Origin: an uncultured Gemmatimonadales bacterium
GTDB taxonomy: Bacteria > Gemmatimonadota > Gemmatimonadetes > Gemmatimonadales > GWC2-71-9
DNA length: 64,000 nt
Direction of reading: 5' to 3'
NCBI GenBank assembly: GCA_963748815.1
Contig: CAVVKJ010000005.1
Span: 256,001-320,000 of the forward strand
The position numbers and the translations under genes were made by a program. Within the stretch, counting starts at the first letter, position 1. Each line of letters opens with the position of its first letter. Positions 10,206-19,784 of the stretch are shown in pieces. Below the pieces are notes generated by a model that was given only the letters and a program-made list of their open reading frames with translations, was not told the DNA's origin and did no database searches.

Positions 10206-11196
10206 ATGCCTACTTCGAATCTGGCTCCATCCCCTCGGGCCGCCGCGTCGGCGGACCGCCGTCCCGCCACGGGCGGGGCGCCGGCGGTGCGCGTTCACGC
10301 GCCGCGCCGCCCGGTGTCGAAGCCGAAGCGTTCACAGGCCACGACCGCCGCGCTGATCTTCGGGGTCGCTGCTCGTGGCCCTGAATCTATTCGGCATGCG
10401 GTATTACCTGCTTCCGCGCGCCGAGCAGGTCCGGGACCCGCTGCACGCCTGGCTCCGCCCGTCCGGCTATCTCGGCCAGGGCGCCGGTGTGCTGGCGCTC
10501 CTGATCTTTCTCTTTCTCTGGCTCTATCCCCTGCGGAAGAAATTTCGGTGGCTCGCGTTCACCGGCGCCATTTCCAAGTGGTTGAACGTACACGCGCTGG
10601 CCGCGCTGGGCCTTCCCCTGCTGGTGGCGGCGCACGCCACCTGGCAGTTCGGCGGCGTGATCGGGCTCGGGTTCTGGTCGATGATGGTGGTGTGGCTGAG
10701 CGGCATCGTCGGTCGCTACATCTACGCCCGCATTCCGCGCAGCCAGGCCGGCGTGGAGCTGACCATCGAGGAAATCGCCGCCCAGCGCCAGGAACTGCTC
10801 GACGACATCGCCGGGCTCTCGGGGCTCGACGCGAGGGAAGTCGAAGGGCTGCTGGCGCCCGATGCCGCCCCGACCGCCGGCCTCTCGTTGTGGCAGACGA
10901 TGCGGCGGATGGTGTCCGATGACCTCGCGCGACGTCGTGCCGCGGCGACCCTCCGCCAACAGATCAAGCAGCGCCGCCCCATGGCTCGGCGCGACGACGC
11001 GGCGGCCCTGAAAGAAGTCCTCCGGCTGGCCAATCGGGAAATGGCGCTGGTGCAGCAGTCCCGCATGCTCGGCGCGACCCAGAACATCCTCCGCTTCTGG
11101 CATGTCGCCCACCGCCCCCTGGCGATCACCGCGCTCGTGGCGGTGATCATCCACGTCGTGGTGGTCGTGTCGCTGGGCGCCACGTGGTTCCGGTAG
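10206..11196 (+). CDS. Ferric-reductase-like (di-heme cytochrome b) inner-membrane protein, probable extra G at 10362-10365
   Basis: TM His pairs 'VHALAALGLPLLVAAH' and 'WHVAHRPL...IIH'; 'LYPLRK' and 'SGIVGRYIY'; removing one G joins ATG 10206 to the 10375 ORF and restores the TM 'ALIFGSLLVALNLFGM'. Confidence 0.75.
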
Positions 11197-13241
11197 GCCA
11201 GCGGCTCGATGGCCTCCTGCGCGGACTTGCTCGTGCCGGCCTCCTGGCCCTCGGCTGGGGCCTGCTCATGACGGCGCCGCTGGCGGGCCAGATCTCGCCC
11301 GGGCCGCTCGCCGCGCCCCATGCGACGCTCGAGGGGCCGACGCAGTGTACCACGTGTCACGGCAACCGCCGCGACGCGATGACAGGCCAGTGCGCCGCGT
11401 GTCACAAGGACATTGGCCGGTTGCTGGAGCAGGGGCGCGGCTTTCACGGGAGCGCTTCCGTGAAGGGGACGCCCTGCGCCTCCTGTCATCCAGATCACGC
11501 GGGGAAGGATTTCGCCATGGTGAAGTGGCCGGACGGCAGCGCCGAGACCTTCGACCACAAGCGCGCGGGATGGGCGCTGGCGCAGAAGCACGCCGAGGCC
11601 ACGTGCGAGGATTGTCACACCGACGAGTTCCAGGTGCCGGGAGTGAAGCGTCTCTCCGTCCGGAAGACCGGGCAGGGCTACACCGGGCTGGACACCACCT
11701 GCACCACCTGCCACGAGGACATCCACCGCGGCGCCCTCAAGCAGACCTGCACGGCGTGCCATGATGCCGGTTCCTGGACGGTCACCCCGGGGTTCAACCA
11801 CGACACGACCGCCTATGCGCTGACCGACAAGCACGCCGAGGTGAAGTGCGACAAGTGCCACCTCGACGCCCGGCTTGCGCCCCGAAGCGACGGCAAGGGC
11901 CATCTGGTTCCGGTCTACAAGCCGGTGTCGTTCGAATCCTGCGCCGACTGCCATGCCGACCCGCACAATGGCGGGTTGGGGCCAAAGTGCGCCGACTGCC
12001 ATAGTACCAGGGGCTTTCAGGTCATCGACAAGAATCGCTTTGACCATGACCGCACCAAGTATCCGCTGCGCGGCAAGCATGTGACCACCCCCTGCGCGAG
12101 CTGCCACAAGGACTTCTCGACCCCAGCGCTGAAGAAGCCGGTGTTCGCCGCCTGCACCGACTGCCACAAGGACGCCCACAACGGAACGGCCACGCTGGCC
12201 GGCAAGACGGTCGATTGCACTTCGTGCCATTCGGTCAACGGCTTTGCCCTGTCGACGTACACGACCGCGAGTCACGCGTCGACCCCGTACCCGCTCGAAG
12301 GAAAGCACCTGGCGGTGCCGTGTGCCGCCTGCCACACCCGGAGCACCGCGGCCGCCGCCGCGAAGACGCTTGGGAGCGCCAGGGTGGTGATGCGGCCGAA
12401 GTACGCCCGGTGCCTCGACTGCCACTCGGATGACCACGGCGGCCAGTTGAAGTCGAGCGCCGATCAGGGCGAATGCGCCAGCTGTCACCGCGTCACGGGG
12501 TGGACACCGAGCACCTTCGACAGCGCGGCGCACGCGAAAACCACACTGGCCCTCGACGGGCGACACCAGGAGATCGACTGCGTCGCCTGTCATGGCGCCG
12601 GGCGCCCCGGCCTGCCGCCTCTGCCGGCCAGCCCCGCCCTTGGCAAGGCCAAGTTCCGCTTTCAGCTCAACGAGACGGAGTGCTCGGCGTGCCACAGTGA
12701 CCCGCACACCGGGCGCTTCGCCAGCGGCGGAGCCCGAGCGCAGTCCGGCGGCTGCCCGACTTGTCACAGCACCCGCGTCTTCCGTCCGTCCACGACCACC
12801 GTGGCGGTGCACGCCCTCTTCGATTTCCCGCTCGAGGGCGCGCACCGGGCCACGGCGTGCTCGGCGTGCCACGAGGAGTTGACCCGGCCGCCAGCCACCC
12901 AGACGCAATCCACGCTGGTGCTGGCGCGCACCCGGTTCGGCACGCTCCAGTTCACGGCGAAGCGCGCATGCGCGGACTGCCACGAGTCGCCGCACGGCGA
13001 CCAGTTTGCCGCGTGGGACACCAAGGGGAGCTGCGCGGCCTGCCACACGCAGGACGCGTTCGTGCCTGCGGCGGCGTTCAACCACGATACCGATGCATCG
13101 TTCGCGCTGAAGGGCGCCCACGAGGCCGTCCCGTGCGCGCGGTGCCACGTTCGCGATGCGGCGACGCCGTCCACGGCGCCGCTGCGCTATCGCCCGCTCT
13201 CCGGAAGCTGCGAGACCTGCCACGGCAAGGAGTCCCCATGA
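11184..13241 (+). CDS. Secreted multiheme cytochrome c (23 CxxCH)
   Basis: Signal-like N-terminus ending APLAG-Q; 23 CxxCH counted by hand; triheme modules with 'H....(F/Y)PL.G.H' distal His. Confidence 0.93.
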   Translation: MVPVGQRLDGLLRGLARAGLLALGWGLLMTAPLAGQISPGPLAAPHATLEGPTQCTTCHGNRRDAMTGQCAACHKDIGRLLEQGRGFHGSASVKGTPCASCHPDHAGKDFAMVKWPDGSAETFDHKRAGWALAQKHAEATCEDCHTDEFQVPGVKRLSVRKTGQGYTGLDTTCTTCHEDIHRGALKQTCTACHDAGSWTVTPGFNHDTTAYALTDKHAEVKCDKCHLDARLAPRSDGKGHLVPVYKPVSFESCADCHADPHNGGLGPKCADCHSTRGFQVIDKNRFDHDRTKYPLRGKHVTTPCASCHKDFSTPALKKPVFAACTDCHKDAHNGTATLAGKTVDCTSCHSVNGFALSTYTTASHASTPYPLEGKHLAVPCAACHTRSTAAAAAKTLGSARVVMRPKYARCLDCHSDDHGGQLKSSADQGECASCHRVTGWTPSTFDSAAHAKTTLALDGRHQEIDCVACHGAGRPGLPPLPASPALGKAKFRFQLNETECSACHSDPHTGRFASGGARAQSGGCPTCHSTRVFRPSTTTVAVHALFDFPLEGAHRATACSACHEELTRPPATQTQSTLVLARTRFGTLQFTAKRACADCHESPHGDQFAAWDTKGSCAACHTQDAFVPAAAFNHDTDASFALKGAHEAVPCARCHVRDAATPSTAPLRYRPLSGSCETCHGKESP

Positions 13242-15667
13242 GGCGCATCACGCTTCCGGTGCTGGTCCTGCTGGTCGGGCTCCTCGCGGGCACCGCACAG
13301 GCGCAGGACCGGACCACGTCTCCGCACGGCGACCTCAAGCTGGAATGCACCGTCTGCCACCAGTCGAGCAGCTGGAACGCGATCCAGGTGAGCCACCAGT
13401 TCGACCACGGGAAGTTCGGCTTCCCGCTGACCGGCGCCCACGGGGCGACCACCTGCCGCGCCTGTCACGTCTCGCTCGACTTCAAGCAGGCGAGCAGCAG
13501 CTGCGCCGCCTGTCATACCGACAATCACCGCGGCGAGTTCGGCACCGACTGCGCCCGGTGCCACACGACCCGGAGCTTTACCGACCGCGACGCGATGCTC
13601 AAGGAGCACCAGCTGCGCCGCTTTCCGCTCACCGGCAGCCATCTGGCCACGGACTGCACCACCTGCCACAAGCCGGGGGCGCGGGGCCAGCTGCAGTTCG
13701 TCGGCACGCCCGCGACCTGTGTGGCCTGTCACCAGGTGAACTACAACACCGCACCCAACCACCGGGCATCGAACTTCCCAACCACGTGCGAAACCTGCCA
13801 CTCGACCGTGAGCTGGAACACGGCCAACATGGGGGCGGCCAACCACCCCACGGCGCCGATTGCTCTGACCGGCGTGCACAGCAGCAACCTGGTCAGCTGC
13901 GGGCAGTGCCACACGACGACGCCCTATTCGACGGTCCAGACGACCTGTGTGGCCTGTCACCAGGCGGATTACAACGGCGCGAAGGATCCCGATCACGTGG
14001 CGGCGAAGTTCTCGACCACCTGCACGGACTGTCACGGCCTGGTGGCCGGGTGGCTCGGCGCCAAGTTTGACCACCCCACCACGCCGGTGGCCCTGACGGG
14101 CGCGCACAGCTCGAACCTGGTGCAGTGCTCGCAGTGCCATACGAGCATGCCCTACTCGACGGTCAAGCAGACCTGCGACGGCTGCCACCATGCGGAGTAC
14201 GTGGCCACCAGCAACCCGAACCATGCCGCGGCGGGCTACACCACCGATTGCGCCTCCTGTCACCAGGTGGTGGCCAACTGGGCCGGGGCGACGGTGAACC
14301 ACCCCTCGACGCCGATTGCCCTCACCGGGGTGCACAGCTCCAACCTGGTCAGCTGCACCCAGTGCCACACCACGACGCCGTACTCCACGGTGAAGACGAC
14401 GTGTGTGGCCTGTCACCAGACCGACTACAACGGCGCCAAGGATCCCGACCACGTGGCCGCCAATTTCTCGACCACCTGCACCACCTGCCACGGCCTCGTG
14501 GCCGGGTGGGCCGGCGCGACGTTCAGCCACCCGACCACTCCCATCGCGCTGACGGGGGCGCACAGCGCCAACCTGGTGAGCTGCTCCCAGTGCCACACCA
14601 CCATGCCGTATTCCACGGTGAAGCAGACCTGCGACGGCTGCCACCACGCCGACTATGTGGCCACCAGCAATCCCAACCACACCGCGGCGGGCTACGGGAC
14701 CGACTGCGCCAGCTGCCACCAGGTGGTGGCCAACTGGGCCGGGGCCACGGTCAACCATCCGACGACCCCGATCGCCCTGACCGGTGTCCACAACGGCAAC
14801 CTGATCGCGTGCGCCCAGTGCCACACCACGATGCCCTACTCCACGGTCAAGCAGACGTGCGACGGCTGCCACCACAGCGAGTACGTGGGAGCCAAGGACC
14901 CCGATCACGTGGCCGCCAGCTTCTCGACGAACTGCACCACTTGCCACGGCCTGGTGTCGGGGTGGCTCGGCGCCACGTTCAGCCATCCGACCAGTCCCAT
15001 TGCGCTGACGGGGGCGCACAGCGCCAACCTGGTCAACTGCTCGCAGTGCCACACGACCATGCCGTATTCCACGGTCAAGCAGACCTGCGACGGCTGCCAC
15101 CATGCGGACTATGTGGCCACGACCAACCCGAGCCACACGGCCGCCGGGTACTCGACCGACTGCGCGACCTGTCACCAGGTGGTGGCCAACTGGGCGGGGG
15201 CCTCGCTGAACCACCCCACCACGCCCATCGCGCTGACCGGCGTCCACAGCAGCACGGCGGTGCAGTGCACGCAGTGCCACACGACCATGCCGTACTCCAC
15301 CGTCAAGCAGACCTGCGACGGCTGCCACCACGCGGAGTACGTGAGCACCACGGACCCGAACCACACGGCGGCCAGCTTCTCGCTGACCTGCACCACCTGC
15401 CATTCGCTGGCGGCCAACTGGGCGGGAGCGCGGTTCACCGCGCATGACGGCAGCATCTCGCAGTTCCGGATCTACAGCGGCAAGCACAACGGCAAGTGGA
15501 GCCAGTGCTCGGAGTGCCACAAGCTCGGTCAGCCGTACGCGGCCACGCCGCAGCTGCTCTGTCTCAACTGCCATGCGAAGGTGCAAACGGACAAGCACAA
15601 GGGGAAGAACTACACGCCCAGCGATTGCGTGCGCTCGGGCTGCCACGCGAACGGAACGTCGCCGTGA
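13238..15667 (+). CDS. Secreted multiheme cytochrome c (30 CxxCH + 1 CX4CH), 809 aa
   Basis: ATGA overlap with the upstream stop, GGAG SD, signal peptide ending AQA-Q; motifs counted by hand. Confidence 0.93.
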   Translation: MRRITLPVLVLLVGLLAGTAQAQDRTTSPHGDLKLECTVCHQSSSWNAIQVSHQFDHGKFGFPLTGAHGATTCRACHVSLDFKQASSSCAACHTDNHRGEFGTDCARCHTTRSFTDRDAMLKEHQLRRFPLTGSHLATDCTTCHKPGARGQLQFVGTPATCVACHQVNYNTAPNHRASNFPTTCETCHSTVSWNTANMGAANHPTAPIALTGVHSSNLVSCGQCHTTTPYSTVQTTCVACHQADYNGAKDPDHVAAKFSTTCTDCHGLVAGWLGAKFDHPTTPVALTGAHSSNLVQCSQCHTSMPYSTVKQTCDGCHHAEYVATSNPNHAAAGYTTDCASCHQVVANWAGATVNHPSTPIALTGVHSSNLVSCTQCHTTTPYSTVKTTCVACHQTDYNGAKDPDHVAANFSTTCTTCHGLVAGWAGATFSHPTTPIALTGAHSANLVSCSQCHTTMPYSTVKQTCDGCHHADYVATSNPNHTAAGYGTDCASCHQVVANWAGATVNHPTTPIALTGVHNGNLIACAQCHTTMPYSTVKQTCDGCHHSEYVGAKDPDHVAASFSTNCTTCHGLVSGWLGATFSHPTSPIALTGAHSANLVNCSQCHTTMPYSTVKQTCDGCHHADYVATTNPSHTAAGYSTDCATCHQVVANWAGASLNHPTTPIALTGVHSSTAVQCTQCHTTMPYSTVKQTCDGCHHAEYVSTTDPNHTAASFSLTCTTCHSLAANWAGARFTAHDGSISQFRIYSGKHNGKWSQCSECHKLGQPYAATPQLLCLNCHAKVQTDKHKGKNYTPSDCVRSGCHANGTSP
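13844..15439 (+). repeat. Seven tandem 228-bp (76-aa) triheme coding repeats with alternating A/B variants
   Basis: The His codon of 'HP..PIALTG.H' recurs at 13844, 14072, 14300, 14528, 14756, 14984 and 15212. Confidence 0.95.
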
Positions 15668-17892
15668 TCACCGTCCACACGCTCCCGGGGCGCATGCGAT
15701 GGCCGCTTGCCGCGCTCCTGCTCACGTTCCTCGGAGCGGGGCAGGCCCGCGCCCAGCATTTCGGGCCCGACTCCGCCCCGCTCGGGGCGCAGGCCGCGGT
15801 CGGGCCCGCGGTGGTGTACCTCCACGAGGGCGGCTCCATCCGCGGGACGTTGCTGGCCGACAACGGGCCGAACGGTGTCCGCATCCGGAGCCAGAAGTCG
15901 GGCGCGACGTTCGTGGTGCCGGCGTCGAATATCGACAGCGTCGTGCGGGGGCCCTTCGAGCCGTCCGCCGGGCCGGAACCGACGTCCGTAGCTGTGGCGG
16001 CCACCACCCCGACGCAGGCGCCGGCGGTCAATTCGGGTGCGGCGGTGGCGCTGACCCTGACCGCGGTCAAGCCTGCTCAAGTCCCCACGAAGGCTCCACC
16101 GCCGGCCGCACCAGCGGCGTCCAAGCCGGCGGAGTCGGCGCCGTCGTCCATTCCGGCCTCCGCGCCGGTCGCCGTCAAGCCGACGGAGGTCGCTGCCCCG
16201 ACCACACTCCAGGCGGGACTCGACACCCCACCTCCCACATTCCAGATCCCTGCCACGAACGCGGCGCTGCCTGCCGCGGCGCCGGATACGGTGCCTGCCG
16301 TACCGGACACCGTGCCTGCAGCACCCGATACCGCAGCGGTGATTTCGAGCATCACCTTCATCTCCGGCACCGAGATCTACATCGGCGCGGGCCGCCAGGA
16401 CGGCCTGGTGGAGGGGTCGGTGGTGGAGGTCGTTCGGGGAGACAGCGCGGTGGCCACGCTGCGCGTGAAGTTCCTCGCGTCCCACAAGTCCAACACCGAG
16501 CTGGTCAAGGGGACGCCTGAGCTCGCCCTGGGGGACAGTGTCCGGTTCCATCGGCACGTGGCGACGGAGCAGATCGCGATCGGGGGGCCGATTGCCGCAC
16601 CGCGGCCCCGCCGGCTGAGCGGCCAGGGCTTGCACGGCCGCATCGGCAGCCGCTACCTCCGCGCCACCACGAGCACGGTCGCGGAGGGCCAACCGGCGTG
16701 GAGCAACGGGTTCAACCAGCCCTCGCTGGACGCGCGCCTCTATGGGCTGAACATTGGCGGCACGCCGCTCGGCGTGGCCGTCGATCTCCGGGCCCGCCAG
16801 ACGACGACCTCCTCGGCTGGCGGAACGACCGTGGACGGTCACACCCGGGCGTACCAGGCGGTGCTGTTCTGGAACGCGCCGGACGCCAAGTTCCGGATGG
16901 CGGCCGGGCGCCAGTACCTCACCTATATCAGCTCCATCGGCCTGTTCGACGGCGGCCTGGTCGAACTCAATGGCCGGCACCTTTCCTTTGGCGCCTTCGC
17001 CGGCTGGGAACCGGACGCGTCGACACTGCAGTTTTCGAGCACGGTCCACGATTACGGCGCGTACCTGACCGTGCACAACGCGCCGGGCGGCCTGACGTCC
17101 AGCGCGTTCACCCTCGGGGCCGTCGGTTCCTACGAGGGGAGCACCGAACGCCGAGAGTGGGGCATCGCCCAGGCCAACATCAGCAACCGGTACCTGTCGC
17201 TCTACCTGCTGCAGGAAATCGACTACTACCAGCCCTGGAAGCTGGAGGGCCCCAACGCCGAGTCGAGCGCGGTCTCGTTCACGAGCCAGTTCGCCAATGT
17301 GTCCGCTCGTCCGAAGCCGTGGCTCTCGATCAACGCCACCTACGACAAGCGACGCAATGTCCGCCTCATCCGGGACTTCACCAACCCGGAGACGACCTTT
17401 GACGACGCCTATCGCGAGGGCTACGGCGGGGGAGTGCAGTACTCCGGCCAGCGCTTCTACCTGGGTGGCGACTGGCGGCGGAGCACCGGCGCGACCGTGC
17501 TCGGCGCCAACTCCTATACCGCCACGCTGGGCGCCAACCGGGTCGCGCCGCTCGGCCTCGGCTTCTCGGTACGCGCCACCTGGTACCAGAATCAGAACGA
17601 CTCGAGCGCCGTCAACCCCGGGTCGGTCCAGACTGACGGCCACCTCTACTCAGGCCACGTGAACTTCGATCCCACCAACGCGATTCACGTTGACCTGAAC
17701 GGCGGCGTCCGCCAGGAGGACAATCCGGCGTTCGTCGAGCGGCAGAAGTCCACCTGGTACGGCATCGACCTGGACGTCGCGCTGGCGCGGCAGTGGTACC
17801 TCTCCCTCTCCGGATTGCGGCAGCAGGACCCCGCCAACCCCGGCACCAGCCAGCTGACCCAGATCTACAGCGGACTGACCTGGCGGTTCTGA
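15664..17892 (+). CDS. Outer-membrane beta-barrel (porin-like) with N-terminal domains and a Pro/Ala linker
   Basis: GTGA overlap with the cytochrome stop (alternative ATG at 15694); signal peptide; amphipathic strands; C-terminal beta-signal 'YSGLTWRF'. Confidence 0.8.
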   Translation: MITVHTLPGRMRWPLAALLLTFLGAGQARAQHFGPDSAPLGAQAAVGPAVVYLHEGGSIRGTLLADNGPNGVRIRSQKSGATFVVPASNIDSVVRGPFEPSAGPEPTSVAVAATTPTQAPAVNSGAAVALTLTAVKPAQVPTKAPPPAAPAASKPAESAPSSIPASAPVAVKPTEVAAPTTLQAGLDTPPPTFQIPATNAALPAAAPDTVPAVPDTVPAAPDTAAVISSITFISGTEIYIGAGRQDGLVEGSVVEVVRGDSAVATLRVKFLASHKSNTELVKGTPELALGDSVRFHRHVATEQIAIGGPIAAPRPRRLSGQGLHGRIGSRYLRATTSTVAEGQPAWSNGFNQPSLDARLYGLNIGGTPLGVAVDLRARQTTTSSAGGTTVDGHTRAYQAVLFWNAPDAKFRMAAGRQYLTYISSIGLFDGGLVELNGRHLSFGAFAGWEPDASTLQFSSTVHDYGAYLTVHNAPGGLTSSAFTLGAVGSYEGSTERREWGIAQANISNRYLSLYLLQEIDYYQPWKLEGPNAESSAVSFTSQFANVSARPKPWLSINATYDKRRNVRLIRDFTNPETTFDDAYREGYGGGVQYSGQRFYLGGDWRRSTGATVLGANSYTATLGANRVAPLGLGFSVRATWYQNQNDSSAVNPGSVQTDGHLYSGHVNFDPTNAIHVDLNGGVRQEDNPAFVERQKSTWYGIDLDVALARQWYLSLSGLRQQDPANPGTSQLTQIYSGLTWRF

Positions 17893-17905
17893 GCGACAAC
17901 GAAAG

Positions 17906-17928
17906 CGGGGCGGCCACTGGCCGCCCCG
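17906..17928. terminator. GC-rich hairpin between the convergent porin and dacB genes
   Basis: CGGGGCGGCC-ACT-GGCCGCCCCG preceded by GAAAG. Confidence 0.65.
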
Positions 17929-17958
17929 TCGTCATGCCACCTGCCTGCTCGCTTCTCC

Positions 17959-19518
17959 CTAGAACAATCCGAAGCCCACGATCGGTGCCGGCGCCGGCGG
18001 GGCCTCGTCGTCGCCACCCAGCTGGACCGGCTCGATGTCCAGGGAGGTGTCCTCCGGAATCTGCACCGCGTCCGCGCCGAGGGTCCGGAAGAGGCGCCAC
18101 TGCTCCTGGCGGGCCGTGTAGGAATACCCGCCGTTGTACATCAGCGTGACCACCAGCACGCCCTCCGGGCGGCCGAGGTAGCCGACCAGCGTGCTCACGT
18201 TGCCGAGCGTGCCGGTCTTGGCCCGGACCACGCCGCGCCCCGGCATCCCACCCAGGCGACCGAGCGTCCCTTCGCCGTTGGCGGGAAGGAGGAGGGGGAA
18301 GTTCTTCCCTTCGGGCGTCATCGGAAAGCGGGTGAGGTACGACACGAACACCGACGGCGCGATCCGGTCTTCCGTGGAGAGCCCGCTGCCGTCGACCAGG
18401 TGCACCTCGGTCGTGGTGGCACCCGTGATGGCCCGGACGTGCTCCATCAGCTTCTCTGCGGCGTTCGTGGCGCCGCCGGCCCAGCGAAGCAGCAGCTCCG
18501 CGCCGATGTTGAGGCTGCGGGTGTTGACCTCGGAAGCGAGCGAGTCGAGCGTCGGCGATTCGATCTGCGCCAGCACCGCGGTATTGACGGGCGGCGTGGA
18601 GGCGGACGCCAGCGCGAAGGTGTTGTCCCACTGAATCCCGGCGTCGGACAACGCCTTGCCCCAGACCGCGCGCAACACCGCCTCGGGGTTGTAGGCCACC
18701 GAGGTGAGGCGCCGCGCCCGCGCGCCGGTGCCGATATTGCCGGTCAGGACCCAGCCACCGTTGGCGGTGGAGGAGAGCCGGAGCGACGAGCGCCGGCCGG
18801 CGACGGTCCGGGCCTTGTTGGTGATGAGTTGGCTGACCCCGCGAGGCGACTCGCCGATGACGACCGGCCGGGAGCCCGACTTGGAGCCGGGCCGGACGGT
18901 GAACTCGACAGTGTTCTCGTGCAGGGAAATGGCGCCGATCGGGGGAGCGAAGAGGCGACCGCGATGCCGGCTGGCCCACACCGACGGGTAGGTCGCATCG
19001 GCAGGGCCGTTGGCGCTCTGGATCACGAGCGGGCCCTGCAGCCGCGTGATGCCGCGGGCGGCCAGCTGCTGTGCAAGATCGGAGAGCTGCGGGCCCTGCC
19101 GGGTGGCGCGCTCGAGCGAAAGGTCGCCGTTGAGCTCCAGCGCCCACGTCCCCATCCATTGCCCGGTGAACGGGTCCACGCTGCCGGTCCCGACCACCCG
19201 GGTGGCGACGCGGGCATTGCCGCCCAGTGTGCTGCGCGCGAATCCGGTGGTGAACAGCTTCACGGTCGAGGCGGGGAGAAGCGGACGATCCTCGGCCACG
19301 CTCCAGATGATGCGGCCGGTCTGGTCGGCGATGGCGATGCCCCATTCACCGGGTGCGCGGCGCTGCACGCGCTTGTACCAGGTGTCCAGGGCACGGCGCA
19401 CCTCGGCATCGCCCTGCGCCCCCGCCACGGCCGGCAACAGCGACAGCCCGCCCACCAGGGCGAGCAGGCCGAGCACGGCGCGAAGCGTTGGTCGAGGCGC
19501 GCAGAGGAAACGCGTCAC
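17959..19518 (-). CDS. dacB: D-alanyl-D-alanine carboxypeptidase/endopeptidase (PBP4, S13)
   Basis: PASTVK (SxxK), SLN (SxN), AKTGTL and DGSGLS. Confidence 0.9.
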   Translation of the reverse strand: MTRFLCAPRPTLRAVLGLLALVGGLSLLPAVAGAQGDAEVRRALDTWYKRVQRRAPGEWGIAIADQTGRIIWSVAEDRPLLPASTVKLFTTGFARSTLGGNARVATRVVGTGSVDPFTGQWMGTWALELNGDLSLERATRQGPQLSDLAQQLAARGITRLQGPLVIQSANGPADATYPSVWASRHRGRLFAPPIGAISLHENTVEFTVRPGSKSGSRPVVIGESPRGVSQLITNKARTVAGRRSSLRLSSTANGGWVLTGNIGTGARARRLTSVAYNPEAVLRAVWGKALSDAGIQWDNTFALASASTPPVNTAVLAQIESPTLDSLASEVNTRSLNIGAELLLRWAGGATNAAEKLMEHVRAITGATTTEVHLVDGSGLSTEDRIAPSVFVSYLTRFPMTPEGKNFPLLLPANGEGTLGRLGGMPGRGVVRAKTGTLGNVSTLVGYLGRPEGVLVVTLMYNGGYSYTARQEQWRLFRTLGADAVQIPEDTSLDIEPVQLGGDDEAPPAPAPIVGFGLF

Positions 19519-19732
19519 AGGGATACCGCCTGGTTGATGATTGGGGTCCGGCTGGGGGGCCGTCCACCAGAAGGGTAGAGCAAAGACCGTTCCCGGGGGC
19601 CAAAAGGGGGCCGGTCGCCGGCTCAGACAACGAGGCCTGCGGCAACCGCCGCAGGCCCACGTCTCAATACTATGCGCCAAACCCTTGTGGCGTCAAGAGT
19701 TGCCTTGGTGTCCCGTCCCGCCCTGAAACGCC

Positions 19733-19759
19733 GGCCCCCCGATGGCCTTTTGGGGGGCC
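19733..19759. terminator. Hairpin downstream of the acyl-CoA dehydrogenase
   Basis: GGCCCCCC...GGGGGGCC inverted repeat. Confidence 0.4.
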
Positions 19760-19784
19760 CAGGGACCGGGTCCGGGCCGCCCAG

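Noticed and set aside
12761..13237. N-terminal extension of the second cytochrome in the ORF track
   Set aside because: It overlaps the first cytochrome. The real start is the ATG at 13238, which has an SD and a signal peptide.
13844..15439. CRISPR array or assembly duplication
   Set aside because: The repeats are in-frame 228-bp coding units with synonymous divergence and no spacers.
10722..17643. Long minus-strand ORFs (833, 819 and 677 aa)
   Set aside because: These are antisense shadows of the cytochrome and porin genes.
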